The notes beneath the pieces are model-generated. The model had not been told where the DNA came from, made no database searches, and was given only the letters and a program-made list of their open reading frames with translations. From Carcharhinus longimanus (lineage: Eukaryota), in the NCBI GenBank assembly GCA_030264375.1, contig JASCQW010000133.1, forward strand, positions 16,892,386 through 16,956,385: a stretch of 64,000 nucleotides of DNA. Direction: 5' to 3'. A program made the translations under genes and the position numbers. Shown in pieces: positions 39,689 to 52,521 of the stretch (the stretch's first letter is position 1; every line of letters starts with the position of its first letter).

Positions 39689-40270
39689 GATGTGTGTGTG
39701 TGGACTGTGCGTGTGTGGAGTGTGTGTGAGTGTATAGGGAGGGTGTGTGTGTGTGTGTGAATATGTGTGTGTATGGGACGATGTTTGTGTGTGAAATGTG
39801 TGGGCAGGATGTCTGTGTGTGTGTATGGGAAGGGTGTATGTGTATGCGGAGGGCATGTGTATGGAGGGTGGGTGTGTGTGAAGAAGGTATGTATGTGTGT
39901 GGAGGGTATGTGTGTTTGTGGGGCGGAAAGTGTGTGTGTGTATGGTGTGTGTGTATAGGGAAGGTGTGTTTGTAAGGGGCGGGTATGTGTGTGTGAAGGG
40001 TGGGTGAGTTTGTGTGTGTGGAGGGTGTGTGTTTGTGGGGAGGGCGTGTGTGTATGGGGAAGGTGTATGTGCGTGGAGGGTGCATGTGTGTAGACGGTGT
40101 ATGTGTGTGGAGGGTGTGTGTATGAGGAGTATGTGTGTGTGTCTGTGTGGAGAATGTATGTGGTGTGTGCGGGATATGTGTGTATGTGGAGATGTGTGTG
40201 GATGGGGACAGTGTCTGTGTGTGTGTGTGTGTACGAGGATGGTGTATGTGTGGAGTGTGACTGTTGGTGT
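39689..40270. repeat. Degenerate (TG)n/GGAGGG compound repeat, about 580 bp
   Basis: Recurring gtgtgtgtggagggtgtgtgtatg units, which explain the His/Thr- and Val/Cys-rich ORFs. Confidence 0.95.
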
Positions 40271-43200
40271 GGAGGAGGTGGTGGGACCAGCGATTCGACT
40301 TGCAATACCTGCACAAAACTATTCTTTTCATCTAGAAGAGAACTGGCGATTAGCCCAGTTGGTGAGAGTGAGCTGCGAGCTTGGATATGGCTCATTTAAC
40401 GAGAAAGGCTTTATTGGACCAGCGCGCTTGTTGATCCAGTTACATGATTCTGGCTTCAAGTTTCCGAGAGCAGTAAGATGGGCCGCAAGCTTTAGACTTT
40501 GGATCTAATGGGTAACTATCCACGTGAGTTGCTACTTCCCCCTTGTACATCCCAGACAAGCTAAGCAAGATATCTGCAGAGAATTGGTCAAAGTTGTTGT
40601 TATGCCGTAGTAACTTTTCAAACAACTTGAGTCTTTAAAAAAAAAGGCCAATTTCTGTATAATGAACCCAAAATCCCAGCCAGGGATTGTAAGATTTTAG
40701 CTTGGAATGAGCAAACAGTGTGCGTCGCATCAGAAAGCACTGCTCTGTCGCCCATGACCGAATATTATTTAACGTGCCTTATGAAATGTGGTTCAGTATT
40801 CAATCTGCCAAACCAATGGGCATTACGAAAATTATTTTTTTTAAATATTCTACCATATCTAAATCAAACTTTGCCCGTAAGTAATAGAATTCGAAATAAG
40901 GGAGAATTCATATAACCTTTAATAAATAAAATCGAATACATCTTACCGGTCTAGACTAGCAATGTTAAAACTGATCGTCCCGAGTTCCTGATGTCTGCAA
41001 CTAAGCTATGAGGACAATCAGGTCTGCCATGTGTTTGAAATCACCGTTGACTTGTTTCGGCGTATTTAATTACGAGGTCGTTTCAGCTGATAGCTAGAAA
41101 GACTTTTTCTATATAATAGGCAAATATTCGGACAAGCTCAGACAGTTAAACAGAGATGATATGAATATTTTGGCACGCAAGAGAAATTGCCGAATAAAGT
41201 GTGTATGAAGTGATTTTGCTAGCTGTGTTGTGTCGTTTGTCCAAATTTCTCATGTGGTTTGACCTGCTCATTGGAAAGTAATTGTGGATTGGTAAAGAAT
41301 TCCGGTAACTGCCTCAGGATATGCAGTAGATCTCTAACACTCTAAGTGAGTGAACAATATGGATCAGTGAGGGTGATAAGACATCGGAAGCAGATCTACA
41401 ATGCTGATTTTATGGTACAGAATTGAATATTACTGAAAAAAGACATGTTATCGAAGCTTTTTGTTTTGCAGTCATCAGGACAATTGCAAGAATATTAATG
41501 TCCGGGAAATTACTAAATTATGCTGGATGAGAAGAGGGTGTTGATTGGTTTAATCCGTTATTCTTGCGATTGCCCTGATGAGTGCAAAAGGAAAAGCTTC
41601 GACAACACATCACTTTTCAGCAATACTTAAAATCTAACAGCCAAGACACTGGCACTCACTCTATGGTGACAATCGGATCATCAGTCCCGAAGAAGAAGAA
41701 TTTTGATTTAAGTAGCTCCTTTCACGACAAAGCACAATTATACAGGAAATTAAATACTTTACAAATGTAGTCACTGCAGCAGATTTGCAAACAGCAAACT
41801 CACAGTTGGACAATCACAAGTCTTCACAGGTCTGCTGTCCTGACATGTTGACTCGATGTCCACCTAGTAGTGATTATCATCAAATTATTGAGTCGCCAGA
41901 CTTGTCGAATTGCCACGTGAAAGGCAATATTGGAAAAAGGAGGGAATGTGATGGATGCGAGGTCAAAATACCATTGTATTCCCGACTAATTTGATATTGC
42001 CGCAATGTTGGTGACTAATTGTATACCCGTTGAAGTGAAAGAAAAGGATCGGCGGGCTTTTAAAACAAATGAAAAGCATTCTTCCAAAACTTAACAGAAG
42101 TAAACCACTAAAGCAGCCTGAAATGTAAAGATACAATCTAAAAACCCTCTGTGATCCACTTCTGCAAACAAACCAATGTTAGGATATATGATTCAAGCAA
42201 CGGTCAGAACCGTTGGTCTCGAAGCTGAAAAGACTTGATGATTTCAATTCACTTTAATTTCTAAATCAGCTTGTTATTAAAATAGTATCTCCACGTTCAA
42301 TATCTACATGGGGAAAATCAGTCGATTAAAAGATGCAAGCATTTCCCTCAGAAATACAATTAATTATAACTGTGAATTGACATTTCCAACCAGTGTACAG
42401 TGTTGGCAGGTTTTTAGCTTTCTGTTCTGTAGTTATAGAGAGGTGTACATTATTCACATATACATCTATCGTGACACTGTCCGGTACTTGCAGACTACAA
42501 CAGTGTCTCACGTGAAAATTCGCAATTTCGGATTGAAATAGAAGGTGATTGGCCTTGTTTATTATACAACAGTCAACCTTCGAAATGCGTCTACACAAGT
42601 CGGTAAACAAGCTCATCAGTTTCACACACAATGAAGATAAACTTAATGTGCTTCGGTTCAGAATCACCACCTGATTGAATGCGCTTCTTATCAAATGTGC
42701 TTGTGGTTTTCCATGAAGATGGAACGTGAAGAATGTCATTCACGTTCTTCATTGGAATACATTGAAATGCATTTAAGAGGCAATTTTCACAGTAACGCTT
42801 TAATTCTATGTTAGAATACACTGAATGTGAGCCAAGTTAGAAAAACGCAAACATGCAAACTGTTGTAGCCGAGAACCTTGATTGAAATGTGGGGAGAGTG
42901 TTCCTCTCTCCTTTGCAAAATTGGGGTGCATTCTGTGAATGTTTTGGATTGTCGGCATGATCTGACAATCAATGATGCATGTAGATGCTACGGACAAAAT
43001 AGTTAAGCCATTTATGTCACAGGCTTCTTATGTTTATGCGAATCATTGGCACACAGCCCGAGTTGACCATTACATTTGCACTTCCACCGTTCTGCAAAAC
43101 GGACAATTAACTTTTCCTGATTAAGGGGATATATTGAAAACATTCCCCTCAACACTTTGGCATACTCAACACTTGCAGCTGGGTGCCGTAGCGTTTGATC

Positions 43201-46200
43201 AAATTAGCACTAAACTAAAGCAAAACTGCGTTTTGGGGTTTAAAGGTTATATTAACTCACAGCAAACACCCCATCGAAGATTTCCCCACAGAATACGTTA
43301 ATATATTTGAGGCCTCTTCTGAGTTTAGACCTGGAAGTGTTTGATATATTTGCCTTCTTCGGGAACAGATTAATCCTCCCGGGGAGAACTCGCATCTTTT
43401 CACCGATATGTTCACTTTGCCGTTTTAAAGTACCGCCTTACAGCTGCAGGGTTATTAGAAAGACTCTTGACTTAAGCGGGTGACCAGCGCTAAGGTAGAG
43501 AACAAGGCAGAATGGGTAAAATATGTGTTTGCTTCGCTATCTTAACTTGGCGGGGAAGAATTGTAGCAACATAGCCTTTACTGGAAATGCAGCTAAAAGT
43601 CATGATTAATAACACACCACTTGGCGCCAACAACAGGCCGCGTTAAAGATACATGCCTTTAATCCTCTATTGAGAGAGAACAGATATCGCGAAGGCAAAG
43701 CGACATGTTCTTTCGGCTGATGTCTCCAACAGTTTTGCAGTACTTTTCATCTTTGCAGCACTTCCTGTTAACTCGTAAACTTTTGATTGATAGGGGACTG
43801 ATTAACCTGCCCGGGGTTACACATGTATATTTGCTGTACAAGTGACCTATAAAAAGTAAAGTTTTCGCAGGACGATTCTACGGAATCATTAGTTGTTTTC
43901 TATCAAAAATCCATAAATGCATTCCAAAACGTGAAAAGAAAATCGAGCAATGCATTGAGAGAAACACAAACGTACCGCTTGTTGGTCAAAATTTGAGGGA
44001 ATTTGTAAGTCGAAAACTTTGGAGTTACTTGATTCTGCAGTCAACAATGTTAAACAGGGTTTTTTTAAAAAAATTATTGACTCTACAGTGTTCTCCATAC
44101 AAATCGTTTATATGAGTATAAATACTCCTCATGTGTTTCTTTTTTTAAGTGTACAATTATTATTTTTCCTTTAAATGTCCCTAGTACGGCAATTTAATCC
44201 ACCGGGAAAGGCTTGATGTAAGCACAACTCTGAACTGTTACAATTGAACATCGGGTGTTACACTCTCCAAATCAATTTGAAATTTTGCCAACATATTTTT
44301 TCCAATTGCTTTGCCTTAAAATCGTGCAGAAATTCACTTCGACTTTGAACTTAAGTGCAAATGTTTGCTTTGCGAATCCCCGGTCCAATATTATTCAGCA
44401 ATTACATATTCCTTCTTTTTTTGACCTTGTTATTCGCTGTGTCACGTATTCATTTGGAGGGCTACAGCTGCAGCATTTATGAAGCAAAGATTGAAGTGTC
44501 CCACCTTAACACAGATTACTTCACATTTGTCACGAGCAACTGATGAGTGAATTCATGCCACAGTATTTTCATTTTTATTTGCTTTCTAATGCGCATCGCC
44601 GTTACCATCATCGCACTTGCTTAAACTTTATTTCGAATTTTCTCCATTTGACTTGAGTCAGCTTCTGCTGTGGCATGCCTACGAAATAGCCACATTCCAC
44701 AAAGCCCCAAAATATAGACGGCACTAAAGTTTACTGCAACCTCGGTATAATAAGGAAATAACGTTTGAATATATAAGACAATTCGATTTCTGAAAGTCAG
44801 ATTAAAATCTTTAACCGCAGTCAGATTTGAAATCTAATCGAAATTGGTTTTAGGTGATTGAATACTTCACATCACCATGCAATGTACATTATATATTTAG
44901 TTTCACGAATAGAATGAACGGCTTATTTAAAAAACGCATTCAACTCCATTTAACATAAGCAGGGTTTCACATTTGCATATACATTTACACACTACTCCCT
45001 TAAAGTAATAACATACTGGCGATAAAATGGAATGTGCGATATGCGTATGTAGCAATTCTTCTGAATAATGGCGCGATTCAGTAACAAGTTTGCTAAATCT
45101 CTTTAACAGCCGCTCGTTTATGAGAGCGACTGGTGAAATGGAAACAGTTTTTATTAACAGTGACCCATTTAAAGTATTTTTAAAACGCTTCAGAGAGGAA
45201 TATATACACTTCAGCGATTGGTAGGCTCTGCATGCAAAGTAAAATTAAACTCAATGCAATACGATATTCGCTGAATTCAGAGTTTGATTTTTAAACTTGT
45301 GCTGCAGAGAATTGGAATGCCTGGGTTACTGTACAATTTTTTGAAGCGTCTGAAATACGGAACGTTTACTATTTCTTGTCCCGCTGCCATTGAAACCATG
45401 TAATGTATGGTTTGTAGACCTTAACTCCACCTCGCAGTGACCTGATATAACCCGTGTTACAGTGACAAGTGTTCTGAGGGGCATCGTTGCAAAAAGTGCA
45501 ATTGGTACGTTTGCATTATTCATCATACGACGCTCTTAAAGAATAAAACCGCTTGAATATATAATAATGCAAGAGTATCTCGAGTTGATTGAGCTTCATG
45601 GAATTTGTATGGGCTGGAATATGATATGAAATGAGATGAAAGGGCTTTTTTTGCCAAATTCAAACTGGTTTGATCCCAGGGTTTCGGAACGTTATTTCTA
45701 CAAAATAAAATGTTGTGTCCGAGCAAAATATTTTACAGAAACAATCTTGTGAGAAAAGAACACCCTACCCGCCCGGGAACATAACAGGACTACTCGACAA
45801 TGGTTACTGATGCACACTGCCATTCCTACATAAGCTTTCTCTTTCTATAAGACATGTACAGAGACAGGACTAGCTGGGCAACTAAAAGTGAGCCCGTGGA
45901 TTGAATTGGATTGAATTGAGTGTCTGCCCGCCCTTGTGCCTATAACTAGATCATGTTCCCATGGTGCTGTTTGCAGTCAAAACAACTCGGTAGCAAGGTA
46001 TGACTCCGCCTGTTGCTGAAAAATTATTTGCATAAGGTGGATAAATATCCGCGGTCACACGCTTTTATGGAACAGCTCGGCGAATATAAATTCCATTTAG
46101 TCCCCATCTTGAGCATACTAAAGTTTATCTGACGCTTCTACGGGACACTGCGAAGCAAACACCAATTTAGCCGCATGACATTATTCGCAAATACAGTTAA

Positions 46201-47169
46201 TATTGACATCTAAGCAATCTAAACATTATTTTGTCACAGAAACACACTGAGGCCGATTACCATTTTTATTTGACATTATCTTTGCGTGCATATCTTTCTC
46301 ACTCCCTCTAAGCCACTGTGACTTTTAAATTCCATTAGCTAAATGCAGTGTGATAGCTCTTTCAGTCAATAACTATCACCATTACGGGGTTTACGTTTTC
46401 TAGAAGTAACTCTAAATGCTTGACGGCGCATAAATAAGTGCATGTTATAAATAGCCACTAATGTCCATGACACATAAATTCGGCTTCACTCACTTAACGC
46501 AGGGACTTGCCAATCGCGGCTGCCAACATTATTTCCCACATACAAAACTTTTAGACCACTGATGCTGTTTACAACCCCAACCCCTTTTCACTCAATACCA
46601 TCTCAACAGTACTTGTTTTTTTTATAAAAAAACATTGGCATTACCCATTTACAATCAAATGTGCCAGACACGCGACGTCACTTCAACAATTCTTGGCATT
46701 TTTAACAACGCGGAGCTTAGAGGAACCGAACGATTTAAAAGTTTGTTCTCTGTAGGCCGTGTGAGAGAGGATTAGCTTGGTTTTTAATCACCGGCAATAA
46801 TTGGTTCCTCGCCTTTATCGTTTGATACCGGTGAACCCACGGGTTATCAATTACTATGTATAGCAAGAACTTGTCACCGAAGTGTTTGTACATTCATTTG
46901 ACAAGAGTTCAGCTAATAGCACAAATCCAGCAGGCGGGCGCCTTGTTAAATTCAAAATGTAGATGTTGTCAATAACTTGTGTTTTAACCTCTGGCCATTG
47001 AAAATTTTAAGACAAACCTGCATTAATAAGCATTCCGGGATTTTTTTTAAAAAAAATCCGGCTCTGTAATACAGCGCTCGAATATCAGCAGTTTGATTGG
47101 AATTTCATTCGCATTGGCAGGAATAATCTTGATTCAGGATTAACCACCCCCCCCCCCCCCCAAACACAA

Positions 47170-47518
47170 GCCAAAACAAAATAGGCGAGTTGCGTGCTGG
47201 TGACGTTGGCCAGTTCTATAGGTGAATGGCGGATGTTAACGCGGATATTCTCGCGGCATTCTTTATCTATTGGCGTGTGACGAGGAATATACCTCCCAAT
47301 ATTACATTCGTTCGAGACATTGAACCCGGTTGAATTCGAGAGTTGCTTGGCGTTGGCGGTGCTACTGGGCCGAGACATTCTCGAGGTTCAATCAGACCTT
47401 TCCTTCCAACTTCCACCCCCGCGCCCCCCCCCCCCCTTCCCCCCGACCTCCCAATAAGTCTGAGGGCAGCAAGGAAGAACCATTATTTCACCGATTACAG
47501 GAATCCTGCACACTGTCG
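47170..47518 (+). promoter_or_regulatory. Candidate TBX5 distal promoter / non-coding exon 1
   Basis: CpG-rich. The motif run GTTGCGTG-ctg-GTGACGT-tggccagtt-CTATAGGTG (47189-47224) resembles the human TBX5 exon-1 sequence as recalled. GATA site TTATCT at 47263 and a good donor TCG|GTATGT at 47518/47519. Confidence 0.55.
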
Positions 47519-48833
47519 GTATGTAAGACGTACCTGAATAAGACCATTACTTGATGTATTTTAGAAATCGGTTTGAAGCGTTTTAACCCTGCAATTTTCC
47601 GATTTGCTATCACGGCTTTAGTACCTATATATTGTAATAGTATCCAGTTAGAGATGGAGTCAGATGCCATATATATCCTGTACCAAATATCCCAGCCATA
47701 CTTTTGTAGCCTAAACAATAGCCTAAACCCTAAACAATATTCGGTGCATGGGTCAGATGCCTGCCTACCTCCAAACTGTTATTTTGTCGTTGTCTTAATA
47801 TTAAACATACTAATATTTGGTGTAGGAGCCAATTTCAAAATCGCTGTCGAAATATTAGAAAGGAGAATGAAAATTGCTATTCGTCACGCTAGGTGTATTT
47901 TACTGATTCTTGAGGTATGATTTGAGGTGATTTCGAGAGTCGTTCTGGTTACTTTGAAATATGTGGCAAGTTCTGCATTTTGTTTATTGCAGGAATATTC
48001 TGCGGGTTGTTTTCCCCCCTGTGTAGTAAGGTGCTCTCAATCTCACAGCTACAGGACATGATGCGTAGATCAGTGGTCCTTGTCCTAATGCTGTTGTGTG
48101 TCCATGGCTTCTGATCTAATGTCCCACAGTTGAAAGTTGCACGATGGATGGAGAGCTATATTAGCCCGTACGTTTCACAGGGAGAAGCTCAATTGCACGG
48201 ACAGGAATTTATTAATCTGCCTCTCGCTCCAAAAAGCCACTAAGGATCACGTATGGCATTTCGATGTAAACCATACTCCATAGGACAGCGAAAGTGATCA
48301 CCCATCGTTGGGAAATCAAAAATGCAGTTTCTTTTCAGAATGTAGAACGAGACAGCAGGACGTTTAGACCCTGAGCTATTCAACATAAATCCGAAAACAA
48401 CATCAACGCAGTAACAAACTCAAATAGTCTTTGCCCGTCTGAACCAGAGTGAAAGTTAGATGTATTTAAATTGGAGGAACCCGGGGAATTTGTAGAATGC
48501 TCTAACCTCGAGAGGATATCACCTCGGATCCAAAAAAATAAATAAACTACTCAGACAATCCCTCCCCTCCTGTGACAAGCACAAAACAAACCACAGAAGT
48601 ACCCAGTACTGTATCTGAATGCTTGCTCCTTCAAACAGGCTTGTGACTTCCTTCATTTCTGTTTCTCCATCTGGTTAGCGTCAGGGTGAACTGCGAAGTT
48701 ATCTCCAATCTCAAAAAAAAGTGTGTGTTTGTGGGGGGGGCGGGGNNNNNNNNNNNNNNNNNNNNNNNNNNNNNNNNNNNNNNNNNNNNNNNNNNNNNNN
48801 NNNNNNNNNNNNNNNNNNNNNNNNNNNNNNNNN

Positions 48834-49429
48834 TCTGTTTCCAGCCACCTGTTTCTGCCCCTCTGATACCAGCCTCCTGTTTCTCCCCAGACCAAGATGG
48901 ATGGTGGGGTACTGCTGAGTTTCACCGTGTCTTTGTGCTGTGTCTGAGCTGCCAGGGTGCTGGGGGGGTTTGGGATGAGTCGATGTGTGTGCAGCAGCGC
49001 TGGTTGGGCAGACGCTCAGCACTTTGAGACTCCCACCACGTCATTGCAGTCAGCGCGCTTCTCTGGATGTGCACGCATTTCCTATATTCCCCACATACAC
49101 ACACACACACAGCACCCAGTATATCCACCTTCTGGAGGAACTCCTTCCCCACTCGCTCTCTCTGCACGGCAACTTTCTCTTTTACCCTCTTGCGGCTAGG
49201 TGTTCCCCCTCCCCCCACCCCCCCTACAGTGCGATAAGGCCCTTATCTTCTTTAATTCTCAGGATCCTCCCCCCTTTCTCCTCTTGCAACCTGGAAGTGT
49301 TTGGGGAAGTGCAGCACCTCTGGATATCCATGGATTGTTCAGCCTGGGATGTGTTCTGTGCCTAACCGGGGAAAACAACGATTGAGAAGGGCTGTTTGAT
49401 TCACCCTCTCGGCGTGGGGAGATCGGAAG
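48834..49429 (+). promoter_or_regulatory. Candidate second promoter / alternative non-coding first exon
   Basis: GC-rich block after a gap, with a T-box half-site AGGTGTT (49198), a palindromic double GATA (49233-49247) and a possible donor AAG|GTACAT at 49429/49430. Confidence 0.4.
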
Positions 49430-51960
49430 GTACATTTACTCATTCCCTCCTTCGGGGTTGACCTCTTGCGTTTTGCTTTCTCTGCTTAGTATGCGTGCTG
49501 TTCAAATGGGCGCCTGTGTGCGAAACCAGTGATCGTTATTTGTCTCAGCGTTCATCAGCGAATAACGGGGCCTACGTGGAAAAAAATAAACAAAAAAAGG
49601 GAAGCATTTCGCGTCATTGCCAATGACAGTCGGCCAGTCTTTTTCGGAATGTAAAGAGATGGTCATCTATTTGATTGAGAAAGTACAGCGTGTAAAAAAG
49701 GAATATAAGCAGACCGCTTAATGATGGACACTGACCAGTGGGCAGTGTGTATTTACACACACACACACGGTGTCGCGCGGCCTATCTTGCAGATAGATAT
49801 CGTTTCACTNNNNNNNNNNACTCTAGGGCTCCCCGATTTTCCACCCAACTTCAATATTAATAATGCAAGTGAAAGTTTGAAAATTTAGCACTCAGTTCGT
49901 CCATTCCGAGTAACAGTCGGTGTTGAGGATTTCTGATTTTGATCATTTTTGCATGCCCAATTAACATAGTCAGAAATACTTTACTGTCGCCTTTCATTCA
50001 GCCGAGAAACCTCGCAAACCATTCATTTGCTGGATTCGGTTACTGCTTCTTCTGGGGGCCCCGAATCAAAGCATGGAATAACCACATGATGTTGTACAAC
50101 TCACAATATCTTCCGAAACAAGGGCCAATGTTTTTTTTCTTAACTTGACACAATTGTGGTACTGGTAAAGCAACCTTGTGTCATCCTCCCAGGGCAACTT
50201 TATTTGCTCATACGTATCACCTTTCTAAAAAAAACTTTTCAATTTACACAGCCTAAATAATTTTAAAAAAGAAATTCACTTAAAGAGAACAACTACTTCA
50301 AAAAAAATACGTAACGCCACTAAATATCCACTGCATACTGTTTGAAACATGTGGTGCATTCATAGCATCTTACCCTCAGTATAATTCGGTTTTTGCAAGT
50401 TAATGTTGTAGATTACAGATCCGCACGCTGTGTTTTGTGATTGGTGTGAATTATTTATAACGGTATCCCAATGCTTAAAACGCATGGCTAATTAAGTGCA
50501 CAGTTTAAAGACCCATGAGAATGCTCTCTCGCATTTAAAGCCCAACACCAAGGTAGAAATCAAAAATTACGAGTAATTCATAAATTAACATCCAAGCAAT
50601 ATTAAGAATACTGGTAACTAAAAGATTCTACATTAATGTGTTTATGTCGACGGGACTGTATCAAATTGATCGTGTGAGGAGCCGAGGAAATGTATATTTA
50701 ATCTACATAAATAGCAGTGGATGTCTCATAAGCAGGGCAAATCTGGCCCATATAATATCACATTGTAATCCTCCTCTGAGCCTTCCCATGTTATCAACAC
50801 GGGGCCTAGTTTAAGTAGAGTTGAGCTAGAAGCATTCAGTACGTTTAATTTATTTCAGTTTCAACAAACTCTAAAACGGTTAAGCGAGATCATGCGAAAT
50901 TATGCTGCATGCAGGGTTTTTTTAAATGTTCTTCATACTTTTATACTTTATGACAGTGAATACTTTTAACCATTAGAAATGAGGACGCAGGAAATGTTGA
51001 CTGGCTGTCAGTTTGTCTCCCAAATGAAAGTAGCTGTCAATTCTTGACTAATGCAACAATTGACTCACAATTATACACCATAGTAGTGGCAAAATAGCGC
51101 GTTTGAAAGATTCCTTGAATATATCAGTACAATCATAATTTACTTCAATTAGTCGGTTGGGGGGGGTCGTTTTAAGTTGAACAACGATTTTAATTTTAGA
51201 TTTTAAAACTCTGTCTCACTTGGGAGAAAAAAAAGGTCGTCTCGAGTATTTTGCTTTTCAAGAGGTCACACAGACACAGACACAGACATACACACACACT
51301 TTTGCAAACTACACACAATCACGTGCTCGGTGGGTTTCCTAATTCGGAGTGTTACCGTAAGTGAATGCACCAGTGTCAGGGAGGGGGGAAACAATAGTCT
51401 TTGTAACAGCACCGCTACAACCTCCGGCTAATGTCGAAGGCTACCGACACTTAAACAGGGCAATAAAAAAGAAACAGTGGAAGAAGTTGGTGTACCACAC
51501 AAAACACGGGTCTGTAAAGTCGAGGAAATGTAATTGCTGCTTATACTCCAATCAAACGGTTGCTCAAAAGCTGCCTGGAATCTTATCTTTATTACTCTTT
51601 CCAGAAGTCCAGACGAATTTCGTGAATACCTCATTTATCTTTTGGAGTCAGCTTAAGATTGACATTATCTCCCCCCCCCTTCAATTTTCCATAACTTAAT
51701 ATAAAAGGCCTGCATCCTGTAATACCTAGCTTAGTACCCCCGGTTAGAAAATTGCTCTTGTTAAGGGCGTTTCACCCCCTCCCTCCTTTTTTTTTGCTTT
51801 TGGCGCCTTCTAAGCTTTTTATTTTTTTCTTCTGTGTATTTGGCAGGAGGAAGTTCTGTTGTGTGATGCTCGCTGTACGTTTATAACATTTACCTGGCAG
51901 TGCTTGGGGTTTTATTTATTACTATTTGGTGCCTCTTTTGCAAGGATTGTGTGGCGAAAT

Positions 51961-52110
51961 ATGGCGGAGACGGAGGAAAGCTTCGGGCTGTCAGCAACAG
52001 CGCACAGCGAGCCCGAGCCCAAGGAGCATTCATCTGAAAGTAAACAGGACTGCCAGCTCGGGGTCGCCAGCAAACCTCCCTCCCCACAACAAGCTACATA
52101 TACTCAACAG
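51961..52110 (+). CDS. TBX5: TBX5 first coding exon (exon 2), 50 codons, N-terminal region
   Basis: ATG in strong context (aatATGG). Encodes MAETEESFGLSATAHSEPEPKEHSSESKQDCQLGVASKPPSPQQATYTQQ, resembling the TBX5 N-terminus (MAD..EGFGL...AAFTQQ). Donor CAG|GTTGGT, phase 0. Confidence 0.95.
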
Positions 52111-52425
52111 GTTGGTGTTCGACACCCCAACACTGACAAAACCATGTGCAGCATACCATACATAGCAAGTGCACGTTATTGCTGAACACGAGTAACAACT
52201 AGGTGTTGCATGTATATGTCGAGAAATGTATCTCTGACACCTTTGGTGTACGCGCAGGTTTGATCTGTTAACCTTATTGCAGATTTTTGGATTATAACTT
52301 ACAATGCACTCGATCAGCATACTTAAATGCGGTTAGATATATGTTCTTATGTTCATTGGATTGCATTTATTTCTGCTGCACTTTGACAATAGTCATGCAT
52401 TAATTACCATCCCCACTTGTTGTAG

Positions 52426-52521
<96 letters not shown>

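Noticed and set aside
40341-40400. tRNA-like start (ttagcccagttggtgagag)
   Set aside because: There is no B-box or cloverleaf. tRNA-like heads elsewhere in the window belong to SINEs, so no tRNA gene is called.
39625-40508. Longest ORFs in the track (256, 225 and 164 aa; His/Thr- or Val/Cys-rich)
   Set aside because: These are translations of the (TG)n compound repeat with no protein-like features.
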